40,000 bases of DNA, from NCBI GenBank assembly GCA_965649685.1, contig CBFGLU010000001.1, positions 1-40,000 of the forward strand, given 5' to 3'. The position numbers and the translations under genes are program-made. Each line of letters begins with the position of its first letter. Within the stretch, counting starts at the first letter, position 1. Shown piece after piece: positions 24,675-32,660 of the stretch. The DNA is from an uncultured bacterium. GTDB lineage: Bacteria > Patescibacteriota > Saccharimonadia > Saccharimonadales > Saccharimonadaceae. The notes below the pieces were generated by a model. It was given only the letters and a program-made list of their open reading frames with translations. It searched no databases and was not told the DNA's origin.

Positions 24675-25598
24675 ATGTCAAAAGCTATTCACAACCCTGC
24701 ACTGGCTGGCATCGAAGAGCACTCCGGCGTGAGCGCCACCTTCGTGGTGGAGCCGTTGCACTCAGGCTACGGCAACACCCTGGGTAACAGCCTGCGCCGT
24801 GTTCTTCTGTCAAGCATCCGTGGTGGTGCGGTCGTCGCATTCCGCATCGAGGGTGCAACCCATGAATTCACTACTGTTCCTGGTATCCAGGAAGACGTCG
24901 TGGACATCATGCTGAACATGAAGAACGTTCGCGTCAAGGTTCACACCGATGAGCCAGTCGAACTGCGTCTTGAAAAGAAGGGCGCCGGCCCTATCACTGC
25001 CGGTGACATCAAGGCGAATGCCGATGTCGAGATCGTAAACCCGGAACAGGTCATCTGTACCGTCGACGATGCCAAGAAGAGCGTCGTGATCGACTTGGTC
25101 GTCGAAGCTGGTCGCGGTTACCGCACCATCGATGAATCATCGAACGCACGTATCCACAGCGACATGATCGCATTGGACGCTGTCTTCAGCCCAGTCCTGC
25201 GTGTCCGCTACAAGGTAGATCCTACCCGTGTCGGTCAGGAGACCAACCTGGACAAGCTACGCCTCACCGTCGATACCGACGGCAGCATGAGTCCTAAGGA
25301 TGCCTTCGAAGAGGCCGCTGCGATCCTGGTCAACCAGTACACCGCATTGGCTGGTAGTACCAGCGTTGAAGCCGCACCTGCGCTTGGTCAGGAAACTGAC
25401 GAAGAGAGCAACGAGCTGAACACGCCGATCGAAGAGTTGAACCTGAGCGCACGTACCGCGAACGCTCTGGTGAACAACGACATCCGCACCGTTCACGACC
25501 TGGTCACTCTTAGCGAGCAGGACCTGCGTGAGCTGAAGGGATTTGGCTCTAAGGCTCTTGATGAAGTCAAAGATAAGTTGGCGGAACTGGAGCTCTAA
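24675..25598 (+). CDS. rpoA: DNA-directed RNA polymerase subunit alpha
   Basis: SD aaggagac precedes ATG 24675. FVVEPLHSGYGNTLGNSLRRVLLSSI. C-terminal domain LNLSARTANALVNNDIRTVHDLV. Confidence 0.96.
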   Translation: MSKAIHNPALAGIEEHSGVSATFVVEPLHSGYGNTLGNSLRRVLLSSIRGGAVVAFRIEGATHEFTTVPGIQEDVVDIMLNMKNVRVKVHTDEPVELRLEKKGAGPITAGDIKANADVEIVNPEQVICTVDDAKKSVVIDLVVEAGRGYRTIDESSNARIHSDMIALDAVFSPVLRVRYKVDPTRVGQETNLDKLRLTVDTDGSMSPKDAFEEAAAILVNQYTALAGSTSVEAAPALGQETDEESNELNTPIEELNLSARTANALVNNDIRTVHDLVTLSEQDLRELKGFGSKALDEVKDKLAELEL

Positions 25599-25601
25599 GA
25601 T

Positions 25602-25988
25602 ATGCATCGACACGGATACAAAGGACGTAAGTTCGGTCGCGAACGCGATCAGCGCCGTGCGCTCGTGAAGGGTCTGGCTACCAGCCTCGTCGAGCACGGT
25701 AAGATCGAGACCACCTTGCCAAAGGCAAAGGAACTCGTCCGTTACATTGAAAAACTAATCACCAAGGCGAAGAAAGGTGACCTCGCGTCACGTCGCCAGG
25801 TGATCGCAGGTCTGAGCACCCAGGCTGCAGCCTTCAAGCTGGTCGACGAAGTCGCCCCGCAGCTTGGCGGCCGCACCAGCGGACACGTACGCGTTCAGCG
25901 CACGCGCATCCGTAAGGGTGACGGTGCCGAGATGGCTACCATCAGCTTCGTAGATGAGCTGAAACCTGCTCCGAAGGAGACGAAGTAA
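25602..25988 (+). CDS. rplQ: 50S ribosomal protein L17
   Basis: MHRHGYKGRKFGRERDQRRAL... Confidence 0.96.
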   Translation: MHRHGYKGRKFGRERDQRRALVKGLATSLVEHGKIETTLPKAKELVRYIEKLITKAKKGDLASRRQVIAGLSTQAAAFKLVDEVAPQLGGRTSGHVRVQRTRIRKGDGAEMATISFVDELKPAPKETK

Positions 25989-26422
25989 TGGTAAAGACCT
26001 ACTCACAGAAGCCGAGCGAAGTTACTCGCCGTTGGGTACTGATTGACGCCAAGGACGCCCCGCTGGGACGCCTTTCAACCGAGATCGCAAAATACCTCAT
26101 CGGTAAGTACAAGCCTACCTACACTCCGCACATCGATGGTGGTGACTATGTCGTCGTCATCAACGCGGCTGAAGTACCGGTAACCGGCAACAAGGAAGAA
26201 GACAAGATTTACTACCGCCACAGCGGTTTCCCTGGTGGAATCAAGGACGCACAGCTGAAGGAAGTTCGTGAGAAATTCCCAGAGCGCATCATCGAAGCAT
26301 CCGTCAAGGGCATGCTGCCGAAGAACAAGCTGAGTCCTGAGCGCATGCAGCGCCTCAAGATCTTCGCTGGCAGTGAACACGCTCACGCGGCCCAGAAACC
26401 AGAGAAAGTAGAGGTAAAGTAA
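25988..26422 (+). CDS. rplM: 50S ribosomal protein L13
   Basis: RRWVLIDAKDAPLGRLST.IAKYL.GK.KP.YTPH.D.GDYVVVINA. Confidence 0.96.
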   Translation: MVKTYSQKPSEVTRRWVLIDAKDAPLGRLSTEIAKYLIGKYKPTYTPHIDGGDYVVVINAAEVPVTGNKEEDKIYYRHSGFPGGIKDAQLKEVREKFPERIIEASVKGMLPKNKLSPERMQRLKIFAGSEHAHAAQKPEKVEVK

Positions 26423-26423
26423 T

Positions 26424-26822
26424 ATGGCAGACGCAAAGTACGCCTACGGCCTCGGTCGTCGCAAAAGCGCGACCGCTCGTGCACGACTTTACAAGGGTAA
26501 GGGAAACGTTACGATCAACGACAAGCCCGCGGCTGAGTACCTGAGCGGTAACTCGACCCTGCTTGCCGAGGTAACCGATCCGCTTGCGGTCGTCAACAAG
26601 CAGAAGGAATTCGACGTTACCATCCGCGTAAGCGGTGGCGGCCTGAGCGGCCAGGTGGACGCGATCAAGCTGGCAATCGCCAAGGCTCTGACCGTCGACC
26701 ACGCCGACCTTCGTTCAACCTTGAAGAAGGCTGAATTCCTGAAGCGTGACCCACGCGAGAAGGAACGCAAGAAATACGGTCTGCGTTCAGCCCGTAAGCG
26801 CGAACAGTACTCGAAGCGTTAA
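26424..26822 (+). CDS. rpsI: 30S ribosomal protein S9
   Basis: GLGRRKSATARARL.KG.G...GGG.SGQ..AI.LAIAKAL...RDPREKERKKYGLRSARKREQYSKR. Confidence 0.96.
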   Translation: MADAKYAYGLGRRKSATARARLYKGKGNVTINDKPAAEYLSGNSTLLAEVTDPLAVVNKQKEFDVTIRVSGGGLSGQVDAIKLAIAKALTVDHADLRSTLKKAEFLKRDPREKERKKYGLRSARKREQYSKR

Positions 26823-26833
26823 TCCGACGCATG

Positions 26834-26866
26834 AAAAATACCCCGTCGATGGCGGGGTATTTTTGT
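26834..26866 (+). terminator. Rho-independent terminator after rpsI
   Basis: aaaataccccg-tcgatgg-cggggtatttt followed by tgtt. Confidence 0.8.
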
Positions 26867-26870
26867 TATG

Positions 26871-26879
26871 TGGTATTAT
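26871..26879 (+). promoter_or_regulatory. Extended -10 element TGgTATTAT, 9 nt upstream of ATG 26889
   Basis: TG at 26871-26872 and TATTAT at 26874-26879. This favours M8 of the tracked ORF as the true start. Confidence 0.4.
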
Positions 26880-26888
26880 GCATGCACT

Positions 26889-27353
26889 ATGATACGCATG
26901 CATGGTCATGAGCAGATCGAGTCGTTCAGCCCGACAGAAGTGTTCCACGCGGGTATCCAGACCCAGAATTGGCCTGAGCGCGAGGGACTGATCATCAAGC
27001 CGCAAGACGACATCGTTCGATTAGACAGCCGTATCAATGTAGGCATGAAGGCAGCGGGTATTTCAATCACGCTTGATGGTTTCGTGACTGAGCTGGCACC
27101 CGACGAGATTATCCGTATCGAGGGTGAATCAAAACTCGCATGGGCAAGCGTCATGATCGGTCTGGGCAGAGATATGGGCGCAGGCGGGACGCGTATCGAC
27201 TACGAGGTGAACGTCGAGGGTCGGAAGCTTGTCGTACGTATGGCCGAGGCAGCGATTCGGGACTTTCTTCAAACGGCCGTACCTCGCTTCGCCTCTGATT
27301 ACCGACAGAATGTCGCTACCTACCTACAGGCGCCTACCGTCGGTCGCGCCTAA
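26889..27353 (+). CDS. SRPBCC/CoxG-like small ligand-binding-fold protein (tentative)
   Basis: About 154 aa with a pattern resembling CoxG/SRPBCC proteins (INVGMKAAGISITLDGFVTEL..., GTRIDYEVNVEGRKLVVRMAEAAIRDFL). The start is uncertain (26868, 26889 or 26898). Confidence 0.45.
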   Translation: MIRMHGHEQIESFSPTEVFHAGIQTQNWPEREGLIIKPQDDIVRLDSRINVGMKAAGISITLDGFVTELAPDEIIRIEGESKLAWASVMIGLGRDMGAGGTRIDYEVNVEGRKLVVRMAEAAIRDFLQTAVPRFASDYRQNVATYLQAPTVGRA

Positions 27354-27359
27354 CGGCGT

Positions 27360-28082
27360 CTACCGTAGTGATTGTTCAAGCCTCTCGATTGGGTCATAGA
27401 CGCCGCTTTCAAGCAGGCTCGCTTGAAGCAACTTATCGCCACCGGTTAGGACAAGCAGACCTACCGCAACGAATAACAGTCCGACGATCTGACGGAATAG
27501 ACCATGGGGGTTCAGCGCCCAGCCCAGCCGTTTAATCGCGCGTTGACCTACGAAGGCAAGGACAAATAGTGCGAGTGCAAGGCCCGCCGCATAAACCACC
27601 AAATAAAATGCGCCCTCTGCCACCGAGGCAGGGAGGATGGCAGCGACGATGAACGCATACGTCGGGCTGCAACTCGAGAATACGGGACCTAACGCAGCAC
27701 CTGTCATGACTGGCTGTAAATAGCCACCAGATCGCTTCGCTTGTGCTAAAAGCCCGTGTGATTTCAGGGCAAGACCACTGGAGATCGACAGCTTGTCCCA
27801 TAGGTCTGGAAACAGGTAGACAAGTCCAAGCGTGAGGATGATACCGCCTGAAAGTATCTGCCAGACCGACTGAGGTACGCCGAGTAACATGGCGGTCGCT
27901 TTCAAGAGTAAGGTGAAGATGATAATAGACAGACCGAGCGATCCCACGATAACCGCTACACGTTTCCAGCTGGCGTTTCCTTCGGAAAGGCTGCCACCGA
28001 TGACAATAGGCAATACGGGCAGGATGCACGGGGCAAGCACGGTCAAGATGCCAGCGATAAATGCGAGGAGTAAAAGGGTCAT
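27360..28082 (-). CDS. ccdA: CcdA/DsbD-family transmembrane thiol-disulfide electron transporter
   Basis: Polytopic membrane protein with the two signature cysteines in TM helices (VLAPCILPVLP and VFSSCSPTY). Confidence 0.85.
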   Translation of the reverse strand: MTLLLLAFIAGILTVLAPCILPVLPIVIGGSLSEGNASWKRVAVIVGSLGLSIIIFTLLLKATAMLLGVPQSVWQILSGGIILTLGLVYLFPDLWDKLSISSGLALKSHGLLAQAKRSGGYLQPVMTGAALGPVFSSCSPTYAFIVAAILPASVAEGAFYLVVYAAGLALALFVLAFVGQRAIKRLGWALNPHGLFRQIVGLLFVAVGLLVLTGGDKLLQASLLESGVYDPIERLEQSLR

Positions 28083-28561
28083 CGGTTCAGTAAGTTCTCT
28101 TTCAGGCTATCGAACGTCGGCTCGTTGTAGGCGACGTACTTTGCCAGTAGTCTCCCGTCATGATCGACCTCGACGAATGTCGTTTGTAGCGTCACGTCGT
28201 ATTCCTGCCTGAGCGCCTGACTCGAATCGTAATTCACCTTGAAGATGGTCACTTCGCTAGGAATGGCCGACTTCTTGATGTCAGCTTCAATCATGCGACA
28301 TTGGGGGCACCATGAAGCATGAAAGAATAGGATGCGACGGCCTTGGGTGGCATCGAAGGCAGTTTCCGAATAGGTTACGTAACGTCCAGATGCATCAGTC
28401 TTAGGTGTTTGCACGTTTGTATCCGGCAGTGACTCACGTTGTGCCGCATTTGCTTCGTTCTGACGGGTGGCCTCCTGGCTGTTGTGTAGGTAGGCCACGC
28501 CCATAAGCGTGCCTGCGACGACGATGATAAGGGCGACAAGACTGATCAGTTGTCTCTTCAT
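28079..28561 (-). CDS. Membrane-anchored thioredoxin-fold protein (TlpA/ResA-like), WCPQC active site
   Basis: N-terminal TM anchor, then ILFFHASWCPQCRMIEAD. A 4-nt overlap with ccdA suggests translational coupling. Confidence 0.8.
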   Translation of the reverse strand: MKRQLISLVALIIVVAGTLMGVAYLHNSQEATRQNEANAAQRESLPDTNVQTPKTDASGRYVTYSETAFDATQGRRILFFHASWCPQCRMIEADIKKSAIPSEVTIFKVNYDSSQALRQEYDVTLQTTFVEVDHDGRLLAKYVAYNEPTFDSLKENLLNR

Positions 28562-28567
28562 GCCTCT

Positions 28568-28576
28568 ATTTTACAA
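28568..28576 (-). promoter_or_regulatory. -10 element TTGTAAAAT, 6 nt upstream of ATG 28561 (predicted leaderless)
   Basis: Minus strand reads gcgTTGTAAAATagaggcATG. The divergent spacer to trpS is only 40 nt. Confidence 0.5.
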
Positions 28577-28585
28577 CGCCTGCCG

Positions 28586-28593
28586 TGTATAAT
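28586..28593 (+). promoter_or_regulatory. -10 element TGTATAAT, 8 nt upstream of the trpS ATG
   Basis: TATAAT at 28588-28593 and ATG at 28602. The promoter must fit inside the 40-nt divergent spacer, so the leader can be at most a few nt. Confidence 0.5.
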
Positions 28594-28601
28594 GGAGAGT
28601 A

Positions 28602-29639
28602 ATGCATAAATCAGTCATCCTTACCGGCCTACGTGCCAATAACGATCTTACGCTCGGCAACTATTTCGGGGGTATCTTGCCGATGATCGATATGGCGAAG
28701 ACACGGTCTGAAGACTTCCAGATCAACATGTTCATCCCTGACCTGCATAGCTTCACCACACCGATCGACCATTCTCGGCTGTACGAACAGATCCTTCATA
28801 ACGCACGGCTGTTCGTGGCCGCCGGTCTGCCGCTTGATAGCGAGAACATCCACCTGTATCGGCAAAGTTACGTACCGGCACATAGCGAATTGACATGGAT
28901 CCTGGACTGTTTCACGGGTTTCGGTCAGATGGGCCGCATGACACAGTTCAAGGATAAATCCTCGCACGCATCCGAGGATAGCGTTTCGGTCGGGCTGTTC
29001 AATTACCCAGTCCTTATGGCGGCCGATATACTGCTCTATGGAGCGAAGTATATCCCTGTTGGCGATGACCAAACCCAGCACCTGGAATTCACGCGCGATA
29101 TCGCCGAGCGTATGAACACCCGCTTCGGTGAACTGTTCGTCGTACCGGAAGCGGTACAGAAACAGCACGAGTTCTTTGGCAAGGATCAGGGGCTTCGCAT
29201 CATGGACTTGGTCGACCCGACCAAGAAGATGAGCAAGAGTGACGATACAGGCAAGGGCGTCATCTTCCTAGGGGATGATCCGCAAGTGGCTGTCAAAAAG
29301 ATCATGAGCGCGACGACCGATGATAAGGCGTTGGTCGCTTATGACCCGTTGGAGCAGCCCGGTATCAGTAATCTGATTGAGATCTTGGCACTACTGCGCA
29401 CACAGACGGTTTACGAAGTGGCCGCCGAATTCGCGGAGGAGACTCGCTACGGTGAATTCAAGAAGGTAGTTGCCGATGAGCTGAAGACCTTCTTGGAAGA
29501 CTTTCAATCGAGGCTGGCGAGCATAGATGATGGCAAGGTGATCGCCAAGCTGGAAGCGTCCGAATCGAAGATGAACGAGCAGGCGAGGGCACGACTTTAC
29601 AAAGTACAACAAGCCGTCGGCTTGCGACCGAAGGTATAG
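28602..29639 (+). CDS. trpS: Tryptophanyl-tRNA synthetase
   Basis: Class I signatures: TGLRANNDLTLGNYFG (TIGN-type HIGH variant) and KMSKS (KKMSKSDD). Length is 345 aa. Confidence 0.92.
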   Translation: MHKSVILTGLRANNDLTLGNYFGGILPMIDMAKTRSEDFQINMFIPDLHSFTTPIDHSRLYEQILHNARLFVAAGLPLDSENIHLYRQSYVPAHSELTWILDCFTGFGQMGRMTQFKDKSSHASEDSVSVGLFNYPVLMAADILLYGAKYIPVGDDQTQHLEFTRDIAERMNTRFGELFVVPEAVQKQHEFFGKDQGLRIMDLVDPTKKMSKSDDTGKGVIFLGDDPQVAVKKIMSATTDDKALVAYDPLEQPGISNLIEILALLRTQTVYEVAAEFAEETRYGEFKKVVADELKTFLEDFQSRLASIDDGKVIAKLEASESKMNEQARARLYKVQQAVGLRPKV

Positions 29640-29642
29640 CGC

Positions 29643-30470
29643 GTGCGTTTAGATACCTACGTCGCCCAGTCCTGGCCGGAACACTCGCGCTCAACCTGGA
29701 AAAAGCTGATTGAAGCCGGAAGCGTGTCGGTGAATGATCAAGTCGAAACATCCGCCAAGCGTGAAATCGGTGAAGATGACCGTGTGACAGTCGTGCAGCC
29801 CGAGAAGACGGATTTCTCGACCCAAGAGTTACCGGTCGTGTACGAGGACGACCGTGTCATCGTCATCAATAAGCCCGTCGGAGTGCTGACCCATAGCAAG
29901 GGTGAGCTGAACGATGAATTCACCGTGGCCGAGTTCGTCCGCCCAAAGACGACCTATAAGTCCGAAACTAATCGCCCAGGCATCATCCATCGGCTCGATC
30001 GCGCCACGTCCGGTATCATCATCTGTGCCAAAGACGACGAAACGGCGAGCATGCTGCAGCGTCAGTTTACTAACCGCACGTTGAAGAAGCACTATGTCGC
30101 GGTGCTGGATGGAACGCTCAAGCAACCTGAAGCGGTGATCGATCTTCCGATCGGCCGGAACCCGACCGCACCGAGTACGTTCCGTGTCGCCCCGGGAGGC
30201 AAGTCCGCCCAGACCACTTACCATGTTTTACGCCAATCCGCTGCCCGCACCCTGGTAGACCTTCATCCTAAGACGGGTCGTACGCATCAGTTGCGTGTCC
30301 ATATGGCGTATCTTGGCGCGCCGATCCTTGGTGATGCGGTGTATGGCAAGTCAAAGGCCGAGCGAATGTATCTTCATGCGGCAAGCCTGGAGCTGACGCT
30401 ACCTGGCGGTATCCGAACCACCTTCCGCGCGCCGATACCCGTTGAATTTGAGCGGCAAGTGACGGCATGA
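29643..30470 (+). CDS. RluA/RluD-family 23S rRNA pseudouridine synthase (GTG start)
   Basis: N-terminal S4-like domain. Catalytic motif HRLDRATSGIIICAK. GRTHQLRVHMAYLGAPILGD. Confidence 0.88.
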   Translation: MRLDTYVAQSWPEHSRSTWKKLIEAGSVSVNDQVETSAKREIGEDDRVTVVQPEKTDFSTQELPVVYEDDRVIVINKPVGVLTHSKGELNDEFTVAEFVRPKTTYKSETNRPGIIHRLDRATSGIIICAKDDETASMLQRQFTNRTLKKHYVAVLDGTLKQPEAVIDLPIGRNPTAPSTFRVAPGGKSAQTTYHVLRQSAARTLVDLHPKTGRTHQLRVHMAYLGAPILGDAVYGKSKAERMYLHAASLELTLPGGIRTTFRAPIPVEFERQVTA

Positions 30471-31291
30471 GTATCGTTGCGAGCGCGGCGACGCTAGAGT
30501 TCGCGAATGAGTTCATTCATCGGCCGCCCCACGCCATCTTATTGACAGGTTCTCGCGGAGTAGGCCTGAAGACCCTGGCTATGTATCTGGCAAATGAGGC
30601 CGGAAGACTGCACAGGCTGGTCGAGCCTGTCGCCAAGACTCCAAAAGGACAGGCGATCATCGACGTCGAACGTGTCCGTGCGCTATACGATGACACCCGC
30701 ACGAATCTCTCTGGCGCACATTTCATCATCATCGATGACGCCGACAGGATGAACCACGCGGCACAGAACGCTCTTTTGAAGCTACTCGAAGAACCGAATC
30801 CGACTATCCATTTCATCATGACCTCGCATGCACCGGATCTGTTACTTCCGACTATCCGTTCGCGTGTCTGGCAGTTTGTCGTCCCGCCGGTTGATGAGCT
30901 TGCCAGCCGGCGGCTGCTGAAATCGAAGGGGGTGAATGATCAAACGAAGTTGGCACAGCTATTATATGTGGCGAGCGGGTTACCAGCTCAACTGAGCCGT
31001 CTGAGTACCGAAGGGCCTGAATTTGAGCGGCTTGTCAGCGATGTCAAACAGGCGCGTGCTTTCATCGAAGGAACGGCGTACGATAAGTTGATCATCGTCA
31101 ACGGACTGAAGGATGATAGGGAGGGTGCCTTGCGCTTCATCGATATGGTCGTCACGCTCCTTCGTAAGACGTTAAAAACTTCCGTCGACCCGAAGGTGAC
31201 CTTGGCCATGATCGATCGTCTATTGGCCGCACATGAGGCGGTTCGGGCCAATGGTAACGTCCGGCTTCAGCTTGCCGCCGCTGTGGTATAA
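30467..31291 (+). CDS. holB: DNA polymerase III delta-prime subunit (clamp-loader AAA+)
   Basis: LLTGSRGVGLKTLA, IIIDDADRMNHAAQNALLKLLEEP, PTIRSRV. ATGA overlap with the upstream gene. Confidence 0.8.
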   Translation: MSIVASAATLEFANEFIHRPPHAILLTGSRGVGLKTLAMYLANEAGRLHRLVEPVAKTPKGQAIIDVERVRALYDDTRTNLSGAHFIIIDDADRMNHAAQNALLKLLEEPNPTIHFIMTSHAPDLLLPTIRSRVWQFVVPPVDELASRRLLKSKGVNDQTKLAQLLYVASGLPAQLSRLSTEGPEFERLVSDVKQARAFIEGTAYDKLIIVNGLKDDREGALRFIDMVVTLLRKTLKTSVDPKVTLAMIDRLLAAHEAVRANGNVRLQLAAAVV

Positions 31292-31292
31292 T
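31284..31292 (+). promoter_or_regulatory. Extended -10 element TGgTATAAT embedded in the holB stop codon, 9 nt upstream of ATG 31302
   Basis: TG at 31284-31285 and TATAAT at 31287-31292 (contains the holB TAA). No SD precedes ATG 31302. Confidence 0.45.
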
Positions 31293-31301
31293 TGCTCTAG
31301 T

Positions 31302-31955
31302 ATGTTAGGTCTAACCATCCTTGCGTTGTTGGGTGCGTGGGCGCTCTATCAGCGACAAACCATCGCCGAAGTCACTATGGACTTTCCCTCGAAGATAAGC
31401 GAGAAGCTTGATCGTTTATGGGAAATCGCCCAGGAAAGCTTACGTGACAAGAAGTATCTGCGTGCCGAAAAGGCCCTTCTTACCATCCTGCGGGTCGATG
31501 AGCGTAATGCCACCGCGTATAACCGCCTCGGCATTCTGTATGCCAAGCAACAGGCCTATAACGACGCCATCGAGTGTTTTGAAATCGCACAGAGTCTGGA
31601 ACCGAGTGCATCCAGTCTACACAATGTCGGACTCATCTATTATGAAACCGAGCAGTACGACAAGGCAGCCCTGGCTTTCGAGCAGGCGCTTGGCATGGAG
31701 GAGGATCTTGCGGCCCGTCATATCGCCTACGCCAAGGTACAAGAGCGGCTTGGGCACGATAAACGCATGATTACCGCGTTAGAACGGGCCGTCGAACTGG
31801 AAAAGAACCCGCAGACGCTCACCATTTTGGCGGATGCTTACGACCGTGTCGGTCAGGATGACCTGGCGGTAGACCTGCGTGCACAGGCCACCAAGCTTAT
31901 CATTCCGGAAGGTCAGCCGAAACGCGTGAAGCAGCCGCGCCGCGTGGTCATGTAA
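31302..31955 (+). CDS. Membrane-anchored tetratricopeptide-repeat protein
   Basis: N-terminal TM segment MLGLTILALLGAWALY followed by TPR units (YNRLGILYAKQQAYNDAIECFEIAQSLEP, LHNVGLIYYETEQYDKAALAFEQAL). The 31233 start in the ORF track overlaps holB and is rejected. Confidence 0.75.
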   Translation: MLGLTILALLGAWALYQRQTIAEVTMDFPSKISEKLDRLWEIAQESLRDKKYLRAEKALLTILRVDERNATAYNRLGILYAKQQAYNDAIECFEIAQSLEPSASSLHNVGLIYYETEQYDKAALAFEQALGMEEDLAARHIAYAKVQERLGHDKRMITALERAVELEKNPQTLTILADAYDRVGQDDLAVDLRAQATKLIIPEGQPKRVKQPRRVVM

Positions 31956-31981
31956 GCGCACTGAAACGTGCCGTGTGTCCC

Positions 31982-32010
31982 TTGAAAAAGACCGTTCGTT
32001 CGGGTACAAT
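31982..32010 (+). promoter_or_regulatory. Promoter of the tRNA cluster (TTGAAA-17-TACAAT)
   Basis: TTGAAA at 31982-31987, 17-nt spacer, TACAAT at 32005-32010. Confidence 0.55.
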
Positions 32011-32059
32011 TATCCGAGATGCCGCCTTGGCGGTAGTACATCATTTACCATAATGATAT

Positions 32060-32136
32060 GCCGCTTTAGCTCAGTTGGTTAGAGCAGCTGTTTTGTAAAC
32101 AGCAGGTCCTGGGTTCGAGTCCCTGAAGCGGCTCCA
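32060..32136 (+). tRNA. tRNA-Thr (anticodon TGT), CCA encoded
   Basis: Hand-folded cloverleaf. Acceptor gccgctt/aagcggc, anticodon stem gctgt/acagc, loop tTTGTAa, T-loop ttcgagt. Confidence 0.9.
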
Positions 32137-32147
32137 CAGCAACATGT

Positions 32148-32233
32148 GCTGGGGTAGTGAAGCGGTCAAACACAACAGACTGTAAATCTGTCGGCATTCG
32201 CCTTCGTAGGTTCGAATCCTACCCCCAGTACCA
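32148..32233 (+). tRNA. tRNA-Tyr (anticodon GTA), long variable arm, CCA encoded
   Basis: Acceptor gctgggg/ccccagt, anticodon stem acaga/tctgt, loop ctGTAaa, long variable arm, T-arm gtagg-ttcgaat-cctac. Confidence 0.9.
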
Positions 32234-32246
32234 TTTCGGAAAATGT

Positions 32247-32322
32247 GCCGTCGTAGCTCAGCTGGTAGAGCGCATCCATGGTAAGGATGAGGTCTCGGGT
32301 TCAAGCCCCGACGATGGCTCCA
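32247..32322 (+). tRNA. tRNA-Thr (anticodon GGT), CCA encoded
   Basis: Acceptor gccgtcg/cgatggc, anticodon stem catcc/ggatg, loop atGGTaa, T-arm tcggg-ttcaagc-cccga. Confidence 0.9.
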
Positions 32323-32354
32323 TTTTCATGCCGCTGGCATTTTACCTAAAATCG

Positions 32355-32363
32355 TGCTATAAT
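32355..32363 (+). promoter_or_regulatory. Extended -10 element TGcTATAAT upstream of rpmG
   Basis: TG at 32355-32356 and TATAAT at 32358-32363, with an approximately 33-nt leader to ATG 32403. Confidence 0.45.
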
Positions 32364-32402
32364 AGAAGCAATCATCGATATAAATCATTAAGCGAGACAT
32401 CA

Positions 32403-32609
32403 ATGGCAAAGAAGAACACGAAGCGAAAACTGATTGGTCTTGTCAGCGAACTGACCGGTCACCGTACGTACTACACTACTAAGAACACTCAGAACACCAC
32501 TGAGAAAATCAGCCTGAAGAAGTACGACCCGATCGCACGTAAGCACGCGCTTTACACCGAGACCAAGAAGAACCTTGGCCGTAACGAAGTAAAAGCCCGC
32601 AAGAGCTAA
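32403..32609 (+). CDS. rpmG: 50S ribosomal protein L33, cysteine-free form with terminal extensions (68 aa)
   Basis: KLIGLVSELTGHRTYYTTKNTQNTTEKISLKKYDPIARKHALYTETK aligns with L33, with all four zinc cysteines replaced. The longer tracked ORF (32157) runs through tRNA genes and is rejected. Confidence 0.88.
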   Translation: MAKKNTKRKLIGLVSELTGHRTYYTTKNTQNTTEKISLKKYDPIARKHALYTETKKNLGRNEVKARKS

Positions 32610-32624
32610 TACGGTTACGAATCG

Positions 32625-32660
32625 AAACAGCCAGTCAAATTATTGCGACTGGCTGTTTTC
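32625..32660. terminator. Bidirectional terminator between rpmG and the convergent glucan operon
   Basis: 12-bp stem aaacagccagtc/gactggctgttt with a 10-nt loop and A/T runs on both sides. The stop codon of the minus-strand gene lies in the loop. Confidence 0.8.

Noticed and set aside
32071-32402. ORFs 32071-32304(-) and 32157-32402(+) running across the tRNA cluster.
   Set aside because: This region folds into three canonical tRNAs. Only the 3' part of the plus-strand ORF (from ATG 32403) encodes a real protein, L33.
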